Assembly: GCA_023205875.1 (NCBI GenBank)
Contig: CP060754.1
Coordinates: 1,612,001 to 1,676,000, forward strand
Source: Chloropicon primus
Taxonomy: Eukaryota
Direction: 5' to 3'
Length of the DNA stretch: 64,000 bases
In this document: in pieces, positions 10,735-21,373 of the stretch
How the letters are laid out: each line of letters starts with the position of its first letter
Numbering within the stretch: the stretch's first letter is position 1
The notes under the pieces: model-generated
The model's database searches: none
Seen by the model: only the letters and a program-made list of their open reading frames with translations
What the model was told of the DNA's origin: nothing
Made by a program: the position numbers and the translations under genes

Positions 10735-11685
10735 ATGGCGGTGGCAGGAAGGGATGCTGGTGGATGGGGGAGGCCCGTGGTTGCGGGGGGGAGGTGCAAG
10801 GCCGGGGCGAGATCCTTGGGGTGCAGAGCCTCGCGCGGTAAGGTGGCCAAGTGCGAGGCCGTTCCGAGGTCCGTCCTGGCCCTGGACTTCGATGGGGTCA
10901 TCTGCAACTCTGCAGGGGAGAGCTCTGTCAGTGCGTGGCGGGCTTCTGAAAAGTACTGGCCGCAAGTGTACGCGCCCGGGGAGGTGCAGGCCAGGCAGGA
11001 CGACGTGATCGATGAAACGAGCGCCGTGAGGCCGATCGTGGAGACGGGCTACGAGAACATGCTGCTTTCGAGGGCCCTCGTGGAGGGCAAAGCAAGCGTG
11101 GGGGAGATACTCGAGGACTGGGGCGGGATCATGCCTCGGCTCATGGAGGAGTGGGACGTGAATCGGGACGAGCTCGTCATAGCTTTTGGCGACACGAGGG
11201 ACGCCTGGATAAAGGAGGACGAGGAATCCTGGGTGGGCAAGAACAGCCTGTACCCCTCCGTGGCCGGTGCTCTGCAGACCGCGCTGGAGCGAGAAGACGT
11301 GCTCGTCTACATCGTGACGACCAAGCAGACGCGCTACGTGGTCCGTATTCTGAAGCAGCTAGGCGAGATCGACTTTCCCGAGAGCAGAATCATTTCGAGC
11401 ACGGTTTCCGGGATCCCCAAGTCCACTACCTTGTGCAGATTGATGGCAAACCACCCCGATGTGAGCTCGTGGCACTTTGTCGAGGATCGGTTCAAGACGC
11501 TGGAGGGAATCAGGTCAAAGCAGGACGGGGAGAGTGCCGAGGCGGCAGACTTGAGAAAGTTGAACCTGTACCTCGTGGACTGGGGGTTCAACACAGAACA
11601 GGAGAGGGGACTGGCGAGCGAGGACGAAAAGATCGACCTCATCACCCTTTCGGATTTTTCAGAAATGCTCGAGTCCGGCTTCTGA
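10735..11685 (+). CDS. HAD-superfamily hydrolase-like protein, plastid (plant/cyanobacterial family)
   Basis: LALDFDGVICNS, VRPIVETGYE, IVTTKQ, FVEDR, LYLVDWGFN; transit-peptide-like N-terminus. Confidence 0.85.
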   Translation: MAVAGRDAGGWGRPVVAGGRCKAGARSLGCRASRGKVAKCEAVPRSVLALDFDGVICNSAGESSVSAWRASEKYWPQVYAPGEVQARQDDVIDETSAVRPIVETGYENMLLSRALVEGKASVGEILEDWGGIMPRLMEEWDVNRDELVIAFGDTRDAWIKEDEESWVGKNSLYPSVAGALQTALEREDVLVYIVTTKQTRYVVRILKQLGEIDFPESRIISSTVSGIPKSTTLCRLMANHPDVSSWHFVEDRFKTLEGIRSKQDGESAEAADLRKLNLYLVDWGFNTEQERGLASEDEKIDLITLSDFSEMLESGF

Positions 11686-11775
11686 GGAGGAACTCGCCTG
11701 AGACACGGTTGAGAGGTTCTGAAAGAATGATAATATACAACCCATTTAAACAAAGAACGCTCTGAAAATTTCTTG

Positions 11776-13068
11776 TTACTCCTCTTCTTCCTCGTCTTCC
11801 TCGTCTTCCACGTCCTCGGCCACGTCCTCGGCCACGTGGATCTCCTCGAACTCGTGCTCGGCGTCATCCGCGTCGTGCTCGTCGAGGATTTTGTCGATTT
11901 CCTCGTGCATTTCGTGGTCCTCCTCCTGGTTCACCCCCTCGTCGTCGTCCCGCATGCTCTGCAAGAACTCCATGGCCTGGTCGGCGCTGGTAAACTTCTC
12001 GCTGCCCTTGGGGGCCCCTGAACCCACCGGAGCTCTCTCTTGGTGGAAACTTGCCCTCGGCACGGAGTTCTGCTCGCTGCTCGCCTCCCCCGCGCTCGAC
12101 CGAACCGCAAGAGGAGAGGACGCCTTTGCGTTTTTATCCTTGTGCTGGTTCCCGCAGTCGTTTCCTTCCTTGCTTTTGCCAAAGCACGTCTTGAGAAAGC
12201 CGTCCCTCTCTAACTGCATGACCAAAGCTTTCTCCGCGTCGAACGAGTGCACGGAATCCCCTGTCTTCCTCTCCGTGTTCCTGAACTTGTAGTACTGGTA
12301 CAGGCCGTGCCCCCCGTTCCCAAAGCCGTACACGGTAACCTTGTCGCACAGGGAAAGCGCCATGAAGACCTCGTACAAGCCGGAGGAGATGGTGCTCCCT
12401 CCGTGGAAAGCTTTCCCCCTCTTGTGGCACTTGACGTAATCCTTGAACTCCTCCAGGACTTTTCTCGATGCTCCAGAGATCTTGCTGCTCATGGTGATCA
12501 CGTTCACCTTGGGGTTGTCCTTGTGCTTCCTGTACAGCGTGTCCACCACCTTTTGGTCGCCCCTGGAGGTCGTCAGGAACACTCCTCTCTCCAGGGGAAG
12601 GTAACCCACATTGGCCGAGTACGTGCCCAGCCAGCGCTTGTTGAGGATGCGAAAGGTGGTCTTCGAGCCGACCCTGTCCTCGTAACGCTTCACTGGGGCC
12701 TGATTCGCCCGAAAGACGATCTCGTGGCTGTCGATGGACTTGCCGTACTTGGTGGTCTGTAACGTGCCTCCGTTTCCGACAACGGCGCACGTCGAGAAGT
12801 TCAGTTTCCCGAAGGCATCTATGCTCTGCTGCTTCTTGGACTCGTACACGTCCTTCTTCAGCGCGTGCTTGAAGGCCTCGTTCGTTATCGCCACCATGTC
12901 AGGCGGGCAGGTGCTCGGGTGCTTCTTCTTCTCCGGCTTGGTCACCCCCGAGTTCGAGTTAAAGAGCGCTATTTTCGCGCTGACTTGGGCCGTGGATGCC
13001 ATCGCCACCAAGATCAGCACAACGAGGGTTCCCACCAAGTGGAACGCCGCCCCTTTGTTCCCCGCCAT
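11776..13068 (-). CDS. Glycosyltransferase family 29 (sialyltransferase-like), type II membrane protein
   Basis: N-terminal TM; sialylmotif L CAVVGNGG...IDSHEIVFRANQAP...VGSKTT; motif S SSGLY...ALSLCDKVTVYGF; QYY; VS HSFDAE; acidic tail. Confidence 0.9.
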   Translation of the reverse strand: MAGNKGAAFHLVGTLVVLILVAMASTAQVSAKIALFNSNSGVTKPEKKKHPSTCPPDMVAITNEAFKHALKKDVYESKKQQSIDAFGKLNFSTCAVVGNGGTLQTTKYGKSIDSHEIVFRANQAPVKRYEDRVGSKTTFRILNKRWLGTYSANVGYLPLERGVFLTTSRGDQKVVDTLYRKHKDNPKVNVITMSSKISGASRKVLEEFKDYVKCHKRGKAFHGGSTISSGLYEVFMALSLCDKVTVYGFGNGGHGLYQYYKFRNTERKTGDSVHSFDAEKALVMQLERDGFLKTCFGKSKEGNDCGNQHKDKNAKASSPLAVRSSAGEASSEQNSVPRASFHQERAPVGSGAPKGSEKFTSADQAMEFLQSMRDDDEGVNQEEDHEMHEEIDKILDEHDADDAEHEFEEIHVAEDVAEDVEDEEDEEEEE

Positions 13069-13179
13069 CCTTCCCAACCTTCCTCACTCCCCTCGCCCCC
13101 TCGTCCTCTCTCTCTCTCTGTGTCCACTCCAAGACACAATCTTGCTCCCGCCAGAAGAGGGCGAGGGCGGATCATTCTG

Positions 13180-14910
13180 ATGAGCACGATGGAAGGGAAG
13201 GCTTCTTCGATGGAGAGGAAGGAGGAGGGGAAGGAGGAACCGAAGGCGGCGGCGGCGGCCCCTGCGCCGTCGGCGTCGCCGAACTTCGCGCTCGGCATGG
13301 GAAGGGCCATGCTCGCGCAGCAGGCCTTCCACGAGATAAAGGGCGATTACGAGAAGTCCCTTGAAGGGAAAGAGGGAGAGGAGAGGCAGAAAACGTTGGA
13401 TGCTTTGCACTTGAGGTCCGCCGACAAGTGTCTCAAGCTCGCGCAGAGGAACGGAGGTATCTACAACAAGGCCGCCCAGTTCGTGGCGTCGCTGCAAGCC
13501 GGAGCCGGGGACGCGTCCATCCCCAAGCCATACATCGACGCCCTAAAGATAGTCTGCGACAAGGCGCCTTTCCGCCCCTTCTCCGAGATGGAGAACGTGG
13601 TCAAGGAGGACTTTGGGGTGGAGAGCCTCGACGAGATATTCCAGAGCGTGGACGACCAGCCCCTCGCCGCGGCATCGCTCGCCCAGGTTCACAGGGCGGT
13701 CCTGAAGGACGGCACGGAGGTAGCGGTCAAGATTCAGTACCCTGGTCTCCTGGAGCAGATGGCGTCCGACTTCGCCGTTTTCAGGATGTTCGGCCAGCAG
13801 ATCAAACCCGGGGGCTTCGACCTCACGTGGGTTGTGAACGACTTCGAGGTCTCCATCAGCGCGGAGTTGGACTTCACCATCGAGGGGAGGAACGCCGAGC
13901 TCACCGGCAAGGACTTCGCTCACCAGCCTTACGCCAAAGTCCCGAAAGTCTTCTGGGAGTACACGACGAAGAGGGTTCTCACGATGGAGTTCGTGACGGG
14001 CATGGTGCCGACGAATGACGCGAAGGCGCTCAGAGAGGCTGGGATGGACCCTTACAAGGTCGGCTGCATGCTTTCGGACCTCTTCGCCGAGATGGTTTTC
14101 TGCACGGGGAGGGTCCACGGAGACCCCCACGCGGGCAACGTGTACGCCATACTGGACGAGAAGACCAACCAGGAGAAGATTGTGCTCCTGGACCACGGAC
14201 TGTACCACGACGTGACGAACGACCTGAGGAAGCAGTTCTGCAAGTTCGTCACCGCTTGCGTCACGAGGGACGGGCATCAGATGAAGACCTTGGGCGAGAA
14301 GTTCGCTGGCCCCCTCTACCGCTTCTTCCCGATCATTCTCTCCCCGTGGTTCGTCTTCGGGTCCAAAGTGTCCCTCGAGGACATCAGGGCCGCGAAGCAG
14401 AAGCGGATCCCACCGGGCGTCGAGCTCAAGCAGGTCGGAGAGTTCCTGGTCGGGCTCCACGACACTGGAGGCAACCTCCTCGGCGTGCTTCACTCCATGG
14501 GGTACATCAGGGGAATCCTCAACATGCTCAAGTTTCCAGAGAGGAGGAGGCTCAAGTCATTCGCAAAGTACGCGGCCGCGGGAGGGAACTGCGAGGTCGA
14601 GGCGTACGACAAGGACCTGAAGAAGGCCAAGGAGCAGGTGAAGAAGCCTGCGGTGGACTTGAGCGCCCCGGTGCAGCTGTCCATGGCCATGGTGCAGGTG
14701 GACCTCCTCGCTCTCCTCATCTCCATCCTCGCCCCGGTGGCCATCCTCCTCCTCGTGCTGGGAAAGAGAAACACCATCGGGATCGCCTTGGCCGTCCTCG
14801 CGCTTATTGGATCTCTGTTCTACCACAACAGCGGTTGTTGCGCGGAGCATCATCATCTCTCGGACCTCGTGGCGGACTCTTCTTCCGCGGCAGGAACCCC
14901 CGAATTGTAA
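13180..14910 (+). CDS. ABC1/UbiB atypical kinase (ADCK1-like)
   Basis: NGGIYNKAAQ, AAASLAQVHRA, VAVKIQYPGL, ELDFTIEGRN, HGDPHAGN, LLDHGL; C-terminal TM segments. Confidence 0.93.
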   Translation: MSTMEGKASSMERKEEGKEEPKAAAAAPAPSASPNFALGMGRAMLAQQAFHEIKGDYEKSLEGKEGEERQKTLDALHLRSADKCLKLAQRNGGIYNKAAQFVASLQAGAGDASIPKPYIDALKIVCDKAPFRPFSEMENVVKEDFGVESLDEIFQSVDDQPLAAASLAQVHRAVLKDGTEVAVKIQYPGLLEQMASDFAVFRMFGQQIKPGGFDLTWVVNDFEVSISAELDFTIEGRNAELTGKDFAHQPYAKVPKVFWEYTTKRVLTMEFVTGMVPTNDAKALREAGMDPYKVGCMLSDLFAEMVFCTGRVHGDPHAGNVYAILDEKTNQEKIVLLDHGLYHDVTNDLRKQFCKFVTACVTRDGHQMKTLGEKFAGPLYRFFPIILSPWFVFGSKVSLEDIRAAKQKRIPPGVELKQVGEFLVGLHDTGGNLLGVLHSMGYIRGILNMLKFPERRRLKSFAKYAAAGGNCEVEAYDKDLKKAKEQVKKPAVDLSAPVQLSMAMVQVDLLALLISILAPVAILLLVLGKRNTIGIALAVLALIGSLFYHNSGCCAEHHHLSDLVADSSSAAGTPEL

Positions 14911-15053
14911 TTGTAATTAAGTGCGTGCGAAGCGCGCTTCCGAGTGCCTTGTGCGTCGGTCGGATTCATTAATGGATTATTTTTTCGCCCAGTCCAGAGA
15001 GGCCTTACATCTAGAGGCCAGGAGCGATTGAGCTGGAGAGAGAGAGAGAGATC

Positions 15054-16088
15054 ATGGCGTCGACGACACGAGCGAAGGGCGCCTTGCAGTGGGTCCAGGC
15101 GGCCGGCGCGAGGCCTCGGCGTGCCGGAGGAAGGTGCGGCCGCGGCGCCTTGCCTCGGATTTCCGCCACGCCGGAGGACGGGGACGCCGGAGCGAGCGGG
15201 AGCGAGAAGAAGAAAGGCTTCCTGGACCTGACCTTCGGGGAGGAGCTCCTCGACTTCATGGAGGCCGGGCCGAAGATGAGGAAGTGGTACGGCGCGCCGG
15301 AGAAGGGGACGGACGTCCTGGATCTCTCGGCGAAGAGGCCGGAGACGAAGGAGGGGGGGGAGAGGCTCGAGGGGGACGACTCCGAGGGGGACGACTCCGA
15401 GAGGGACGCGGTGCTGGTGGTGGACGCCAACGGCAAGCTCGGGGAGGAGGTGGTGCTCCAGCTGATCCTCAAGAGGGTCAAGGTGAAGGCCCTGGTAAGG
15501 AGCGAGGAGGACGCGAGCAATTCTTTCGGGGAGTACGCCACGTGCGTGGAGAGCAGTTTGGACGACAGGACGAGCCTGCGCAGGCTCCTTCGGGGCGTGA
15601 AGAGCCTCGTGGTGACGGGGGGAATGGGCTTCGACAAGGGGGAGAGGCTGATGGAGGCGTGCAAGTCCGCCGGTGTCGAGCAGGTGGTCCTGCTGTCTTC
15701 CTACAACAACAGGGAGGGTTTCCTGGGCGGCCTGTTCGTGAGCAAGGAGCAGAGCCAGCTGGAGGACAGGGAGAGGGAGAGGATCGTGGCCGAGAGCGGC
15801 GTGCCCTTCAGCATCATCAGGGCCGGGGACCTCGCGGACAGCAGTCCCTCGCTTCAGGGGGGCAAGTTGCTGGAGGTGAGCCTCGGGGAGAAGGCGAACA
15901 GGAAGCTTGGGGGCTCCCTGCCTCGCTCGGAGCTCGCCTCCGCCTCGGTGGCCTGCCTGGCCTTTGGGGCGAAGAACCTCGTTGTGGAGCTCGCGGAGGG
16001 CGAGGGCGAGGGAACCCCGGCGGCCGACACGTTCCTGGTGGACGTGAACTCCGATGAGGACTGGAGTTTGGTCTTCGAGCGACGGTGA
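15054..16088 (+). CDS. NAD(P)-binding Rossmann-fold (atypical SDR/NmrA-like) protein, plastid
   Basis: VLVVDANGKLGEEVVLQLI, VKALVR, GVEQVVLLSS, SGVPFSIIRAGDL; N-terminal transit peptide; LLDFMEAGPKMRKWYG segment. Confidence 0.85.
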   Translation: MASTTRAKGALQWVQAAGARPRRAGGRCGRGALPRISATPEDGDAGASGSEKKKGFLDLTFGEELLDFMEAGPKMRKWYGAPEKGTDVLDLSAKRPETKEGGERLEGDDSEGDDSERDAVLVVDANGKLGEEVVLQLILKRVKVKALVRSEEDASNSFGEYATCVESSLDDRTSLRRLLRGVKSLVVTGGMGFDKGERLMEACKSAGVEQVVLLSSYNNREGFLGGLFVSKEQSQLEDRERERIVAESGVPFSIIRAGDLADSSPSLQGGKLLEVSLGEKANRKLGGSLPRSELASASVACLAFGAKNLVVELAEGEGEGTPAADTFLVDVNSDEDWSLVFERR

Positions 16089-16276
16089 CGGGAGCGGAGC
16101 CCGAGGGGGGTTGTGCTTGCTGGGGGAGGAGGAGGAGCCCACGATTTTTTTTGTTCGTAAAGCGTGCTTTTGTAAATTACTCGAACCATTTTGTTACGTC
16201 CACGAGCTGGTGGGCAACCAAGCCCGCTCGAGCGATCGCCGGGATCGTGTCGAAGAGACCCAGCCAGAAGAACTGG

Positions 16277-16312
<36 letters not shown>

Positions 16313-16406
16313 GTCAGTCCCAGCACGCAGTCAGGTCGCGACTTGGTGTGGTTGTGTGGTTGGGGGTTGACCATTCGGTTGCGGTTTAGAGTCGGAAGCC
16401 AAGCGT

Positions 16407-16540
16407 AGGTGTTCTCATTTTGTTAACCAGCAATTTTGATCAGACTGCGTGGCCATCGAGAGTTATAGTTTTACTATTCGTCACCCTCGTCCCCGCAAAC
16501 CCGAATGAACGTGAAGAGCACTACAAGTGTTGCACTTCGC
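16407..16540 (-). ncRNA. Candidate intronic box H/ACA snoRNA within a spliced non-coding host transcript
   Basis: Lies in a putative minus-strand intron 16547 (GTAAGG) to 16273 (CTGAC branch, (CT)n(GT)n, CCAG). Layout: hairpin, ATAGTA (ANANNA, 16477-16472), hairpin (TCTC/GAGA, GGCCA/TGGTT, GCAGT/ATTGC), ACA at 16412-16410. Confidence 0.3.
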
Positions 16541-17152
16541 TCCTTACCTGAAAGAACAAGAACAAGAAAAACGCGTGACGTTTTCTTCCCTCCTCGTCGT
16601 CGTCCCTTCCAGTCCTCGGGCCGCCTCCAACGCCCCGTTCAGGACACCTCACGAAAACGAAAACCCAACCCTTTCTTCCCGCTCCCCGTCCCGCCCTCCC
16701 GCCGACGAAACCAACCCCACCATCGTCACCGAAGCACCTTTCCCATGTTCCAACCCTCCAGCCTCACCCTCACGCTTCCCGTCCCCAACCCGTCGCCAAA
16801 CATGCCAAGCGCCGGCGCTCAGCTCAGAACAAAAGGAAACTCTCCCCGCCTTCTCTCCCCGCCGCCTTCGGTACGTACGTACCAAAGGTGTACCACTTTA
16901 CATCGATAAAACGAGCGGATTGGATAAAAAAATTAAAAACGTTTCGGTGAACCACACAAACCGCGAGGGGCGAAGGAGAGAGGGGTCGACGACGAGGAGG
17001 CGCCGTAGTTGTCCACGAGGGGCGGAGAGGTTGGTTCTAACGAAGGCGGAAGGAAGCGTCGTCTCTTGCTCTTTCAAAAGAGCTCTCGCTCGAAAGAGTC
17101 AACAATCTGGGGAGGATTTGAGGACGGGGAGACGGGGAGAGAGGGAGCGAAG

Positions 17153-19673
17153 ATGCGAGGAAAGGGGTGCGTTCCGACGACGACGACGGCGACGGGGAGG
17201 GCTTGCCCGAGGGCGGCCACGAGGGCGAGGGCGTGCGCGAAAGGCAAGGGTTCCCCCGCGGCGGCGGCTAAGGCTGCCGCGAGCTCGGGGGGACTGAGGG
17301 CTCAGGCGGCCGTGGTGCCAGGCTGCCGGGCCCAGCAGGTTGCTTGCAAGGTGGCCTACCACCTGGAGGCCCAGGGCGAATCCGACCCAGGCCAGGGGCT
17401 TCGGACCCTGTACGACAAAATCTTCGAGGACCACACCATCGACACGAGCGAGGACGGGACGGCTCTGCTCTTCGTGGACAGGCACTTGGTGCACGAGGTG
17501 ACCTCCCCCCAGGCCTTTGAGGGCCTGCGCAACGCGGGGAGGCCCGTGAGGAGGACGGACTGCACCTTGGCGACCGTGGACCACAACGTTCCGACCACGG
17601 ACCGGGCGACTTTCGACACCGTCGAGAACTTCATTCAGGAGACGGACTCGAGGACCCAAGTGATGGCGCTGGAGGAGAACGTGAAGGAGTTCGGGGTGAC
17701 TTACTTTGGGATGGAAGACACCAGGCAGGGCATCGTGCACGTGATCGGGCCGGAGCAAGGGTTCACCCTCCCCGGCGCGATCTGCGTGTGCGGCGACTCG
17801 CACACCGCGACCCACGGCGCCTTCGGAGCCCTCGCCTTCGGCATAGGAACGTCCGAGGTGGAGCACGTCATGGCGACCCAAACCCTGCTGCAGAAGAAGA
17901 GCATGAACATGAAGGTCCAGATCGACGGGAAGCTTCAGCCGGGCGTTGTGTCCAAGGACGTCGTCTTGCACGTCATCGGGGTCATCGGGACGGCCGGGGG
18001 GAACGGCTGCTGCATCGAGTTCTGCGGCTCCACCGTGAGGGACATGTCCATGGAGGCCAGGATGGCGATGAGCAACATGGCGATCGAGGGGGGCGCCCGC
18101 GCGGGCCTGGTCGCCCCGGACGAGACCACCTTCGAGTACCTCCAAGGCCGCCCCTTGTCCCCGGCGATGGGGCCTGATTGGGACAAGGCGGAGGCGTACT
18201 GGCGCACCCTGAGGACGGACGAGGGGGCCAAGTTCGACAAGGAGGTCTACATCAACGCGGAGGACATCGCGCCCACCTTGACCTGGGGGACCTCCCCTCA
18301 GGACACCACGAACATCATGGGGAAGACGCCTGACCCCGCGAAGCAGGAGGACCCGCAGCGAGCCGCCGGGATCGAGCGCGCCTTGAACTACATGGGCCTT
18401 GAGCCCGACACTCCCCTGGAGGGGATTCCCGTGGACAAGGTATTTATTGGTTCCTGCACGAACGCCCGCATCGAGGACGTGAGGCTTGCGGCCCTGGTGG
18501 CGAAGGGGAGGAAGGTCGCGGCCAACGTGTACGCGATGGTGGTCCCTGGAAGCGGCCTGGTCAAGCAGCAGGCCGAGGCCGAGGGCCTCGACCAGATTCT
18601 CAAGGAGGCTGGGTTCGACTGGAGGGAGCCCGGGTGCTCCATGTGCCTCGCGATGAACCCGGACAAGCTCCTGCCCGGGGAGAGGTGCGCGAGCACGAGC
18701 AACAGGAACTTCGAGGGGCGCCAAGGCGCGGGGGGGCGAACCCACTTGGTTTCCCCCGCGATGGCGGCCGCCGCTGCGGTCGCAGGTCACTTGACCGACG
18801 TCAGAAAGCTCCTGCCGGACTCCATGGACATGAGCGTTTTGGACAGCAAGGAGTTCCTGTTGCCCGTGGCCCCGGCCGAGAGGGCCGTCAAGGAAAAGGT
18901 CGCGGAGAGGGCTGGGGGGGGCGTGGGGATGCCCAAGTTCACCACCCTGAAAGGAATCGGGGCCAAGCTCGACATCCAGAACATCGACACGGACATGATC
19001 ATCCCGAAGCAGTTTCTGAAAACCATCAAGCGCTCGGGCCTCGGCGTGTCCGCCTTTTACGAGCTGCGGTACGACCCGGAGACCGGGGAGGAGAACCCAG
19101 ACTTCATTCTGAACAATGGAGCTTGGAGGGACTCGAAGATCATCGTGGCTGGGGACAACTTTGGTTGCGGCTCCTCGAGGGAGCACGCTCCTTGGGCCAT
19201 CAACGACTTTGGCGTCCGCTGCATCATCTCCACCTCCTTCTCTGACATCTTCTTCAACAACTGCTTCAAGAACGGAATGCTCCCGATCGTGCTGGAGAAT
19301 GACGTCGTAAGGGAGCTCATGGCGGACTGCGACTCGGGCGAGGACCTTGAGGTCGACCTCCCGAACCAAGTGATCCGCAGGCCCAACGGGCAGGAAGTTC
19401 CCTTCCCGGTAGACCCGTTCAGAAAGAACTGCCTGGTCAACGGCCTGGATGACATTGGCCTTACCCTGCAGAAGGAGGACAAGATCGCAGCCTTCGAACG
19501 AATCAGGGACGAGTACTACCCCTTCTTCAACGGTACGTCCGTTCGTCTCGCGCGACGTGTTTTTCTCACATCACTGACTCTCCTCTTCCTCTCTCTCTCT
19601 GCTTCCCCCAGGCATCGGGTACAGCCACTTGGAGACCTCGCACTTTGACAAGTCCCCTTATTCCCCCGTCTAG
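17153..19673 (+). CDS. LEU1: 3-isopropylmalate dehydratase, fused large+small subunit (LEU1 type), with N-terminal targeting extension; intron 19533-19611
   Basis: LeuC motifs [57 protein letters not shown], followed in frame by LeuD motifs [39 protein letters not shown]...CCAG intron gives the terminal FFNGIGY...SPV*. Confidence 0.95.
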
Positions 19674-19856
19674 TAATAAACCGATTAGCTTGTTCACCAT
19701 CCATCCATCGACCATCAACATCACTCCAGTCTTCGCCGTCCTTCATTTCGTCTCCTCTCTCCTCGAGGTTTTTTCGAGCCCGGAGCCCAGAGTCCAAAGG
19801 GGGCGACCGAGTGGAGTGCGTTCGAGGGAGACGGAGAGCAAGACGTACGAAGAACC

Positions 19857-21373
19857 ATGGACGACAAGAGGGAGTTGGAGGCTATGCTTGAGCAGCTGCA
19901 TATCAAGGAAAAGGCGGAGGCCATGCAAAAGAAACATACGTTTTGGGAAAGTCAACCCGTGAAGCAGTTCTCCGAGGAAGAAAATAGTGATGCCGTGGAG
20001 GAGGGGCCAGTTCAAGTGAACCAGGTAAGAGAAACGAGCCTCGATCGTGGAGCCCACGCGTCAGAGATTGGGGTGCCGTCCTTGCGAACCGTCCTTGCGA
20101 GCCGTCCTTCTCGCACCGCAACCTGCTCGATTTGGGCCAAGTCCTCGAACAGGCCCTCGAACAGATCTGGCTGCCCCGTGTTCGCCTTTGGGTCCTTCGC
20201 TTTGTCTTTCGCCAGCTGAACTGAACGAACCCGACGCGCTCCCCCATTTCGGCTCGACTCCCTCAGGATGCCAAGGACGTGAGGAAGGAGGGGTATGCTC
20301 TGCCCGGAGGGTACGAGTGGTGCGATTGCAACATATCCAGTGCAGAGGGAGCTCAGGAGGTATACACTTTGCTTTCGGAGAACTACGTCGAGGACGACGA
20401 CAACATGTTCCGTTTCAACTACTCCGCCCAGTTCTTGTCCTGGGCCTTGCAGCCACCGGGCTTCAAGTCCTTCTGGCACGTTGGGGTTCGTGTTATCAAG
20501 TCGAAAAAGCTTGTGGCGTTCATCAGCGCCATACCGGCGAAGATTAGGGTGGGGAAAAGCTCTCCAAAGGGCAAGGACGGAGTACCCATGGTTGAGATCA
20601 ACTTTTTGTGCGTCCACAAGAAGCTGCGAACCAAGAGGCTGGCCCCGGTCCTGATCAGAGAGATCACGAGGAGGGTCAACTTGTTCGACATCTGGCAAGC
20701 GACTTACACGGCGGGAGTGATCATCCCGACCCCTGTCGCGACTTGCAGGTACTTCCACAGGTCTCTCAACCCCAAAAAATTGATCGAGGTTGGGTTCTCA
20801 AAGCTGGGGAAGAGGATGACCCTGTCTAGGACAATCAAGCTGAACAAACTCCCACCAAATCCGTCCACTCCGGGCTTGAGAAGGATGACTAAGAGCGATG
20901 CGCCGCAGGTTCTGGAGCTCCTGAACACGTACCTGTCTCAGTTTGACTTGGCCTGCCTTTTCCAGGGCGTTGACGAGGTCGAGCACTGGTTCTTGCCGAG
21001 GGACAACGTCATCTACACCTACGTCGTGGAGAGTGAAAGTGGGAAGGGAAAGAAAAAGATCACAGACATCATGTCCTTTTACTCTTTACCGTCGACGATC
21101 ATCGGAAACGATCACCACAAGGAGTTGAACGCTGCCTTCTCCTACTACAACATCGCCAACACGGTGACCCTCAAGTCGCTCATGGAAGACGCCCTGATCT
21201 GCGCGAGGAACGAGAACTTTGACGTGTTCAACGCCCTAGACATCATGCAGAATGGCGAGTTCATGAAAGACCTGAAGTTTGGCATTGGCGACGGCCACCT
21301 GCAATACTATTTATACAACTGGAAGGTCAAAAAGGCGCTGTCCCCACAGCAGGTCGGGCTCGTCCTTCTTTGA
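19857..21373 (+). CDS. NMT1: Glycylpeptide N-tetradecanoyltransferase (N-myristoyltransferase); intron 20025-20266
   Basis: HTFWESQPV, ENYVEDDDNMFRFNYS, EINFLCVHKKLR, KFGIGDG, C-terminal VGLVLL. Confidence 0.97.

Noticed and set aside
16441..16471. Partial resemblance of the + strand to 18S rRNA, as an rRNA gene fragment
   Set aside because: Only an 11-nt exact match with scattered flanking identity; kept only as a possible antisense guide in the snoRNA candidate.
17099..19369. 756-aa antisense ORF opposite LEU1 (similar ones at 25821-28073, 31342-33426, 44889-46523, 49084-50790)
   Set aside because: Shadow ORFs expected from high GC3 codon bias; they mirror conserved sense genes and have no recognisable motifs.
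20075..20115. 13-nt tandem repeat CCGTCCTTGCGA in the NMT intron (similar short duplications at ~1895-1950 and ~42876-42905)
   Set aside because: Ordinary slippage duplications with no sign of function.
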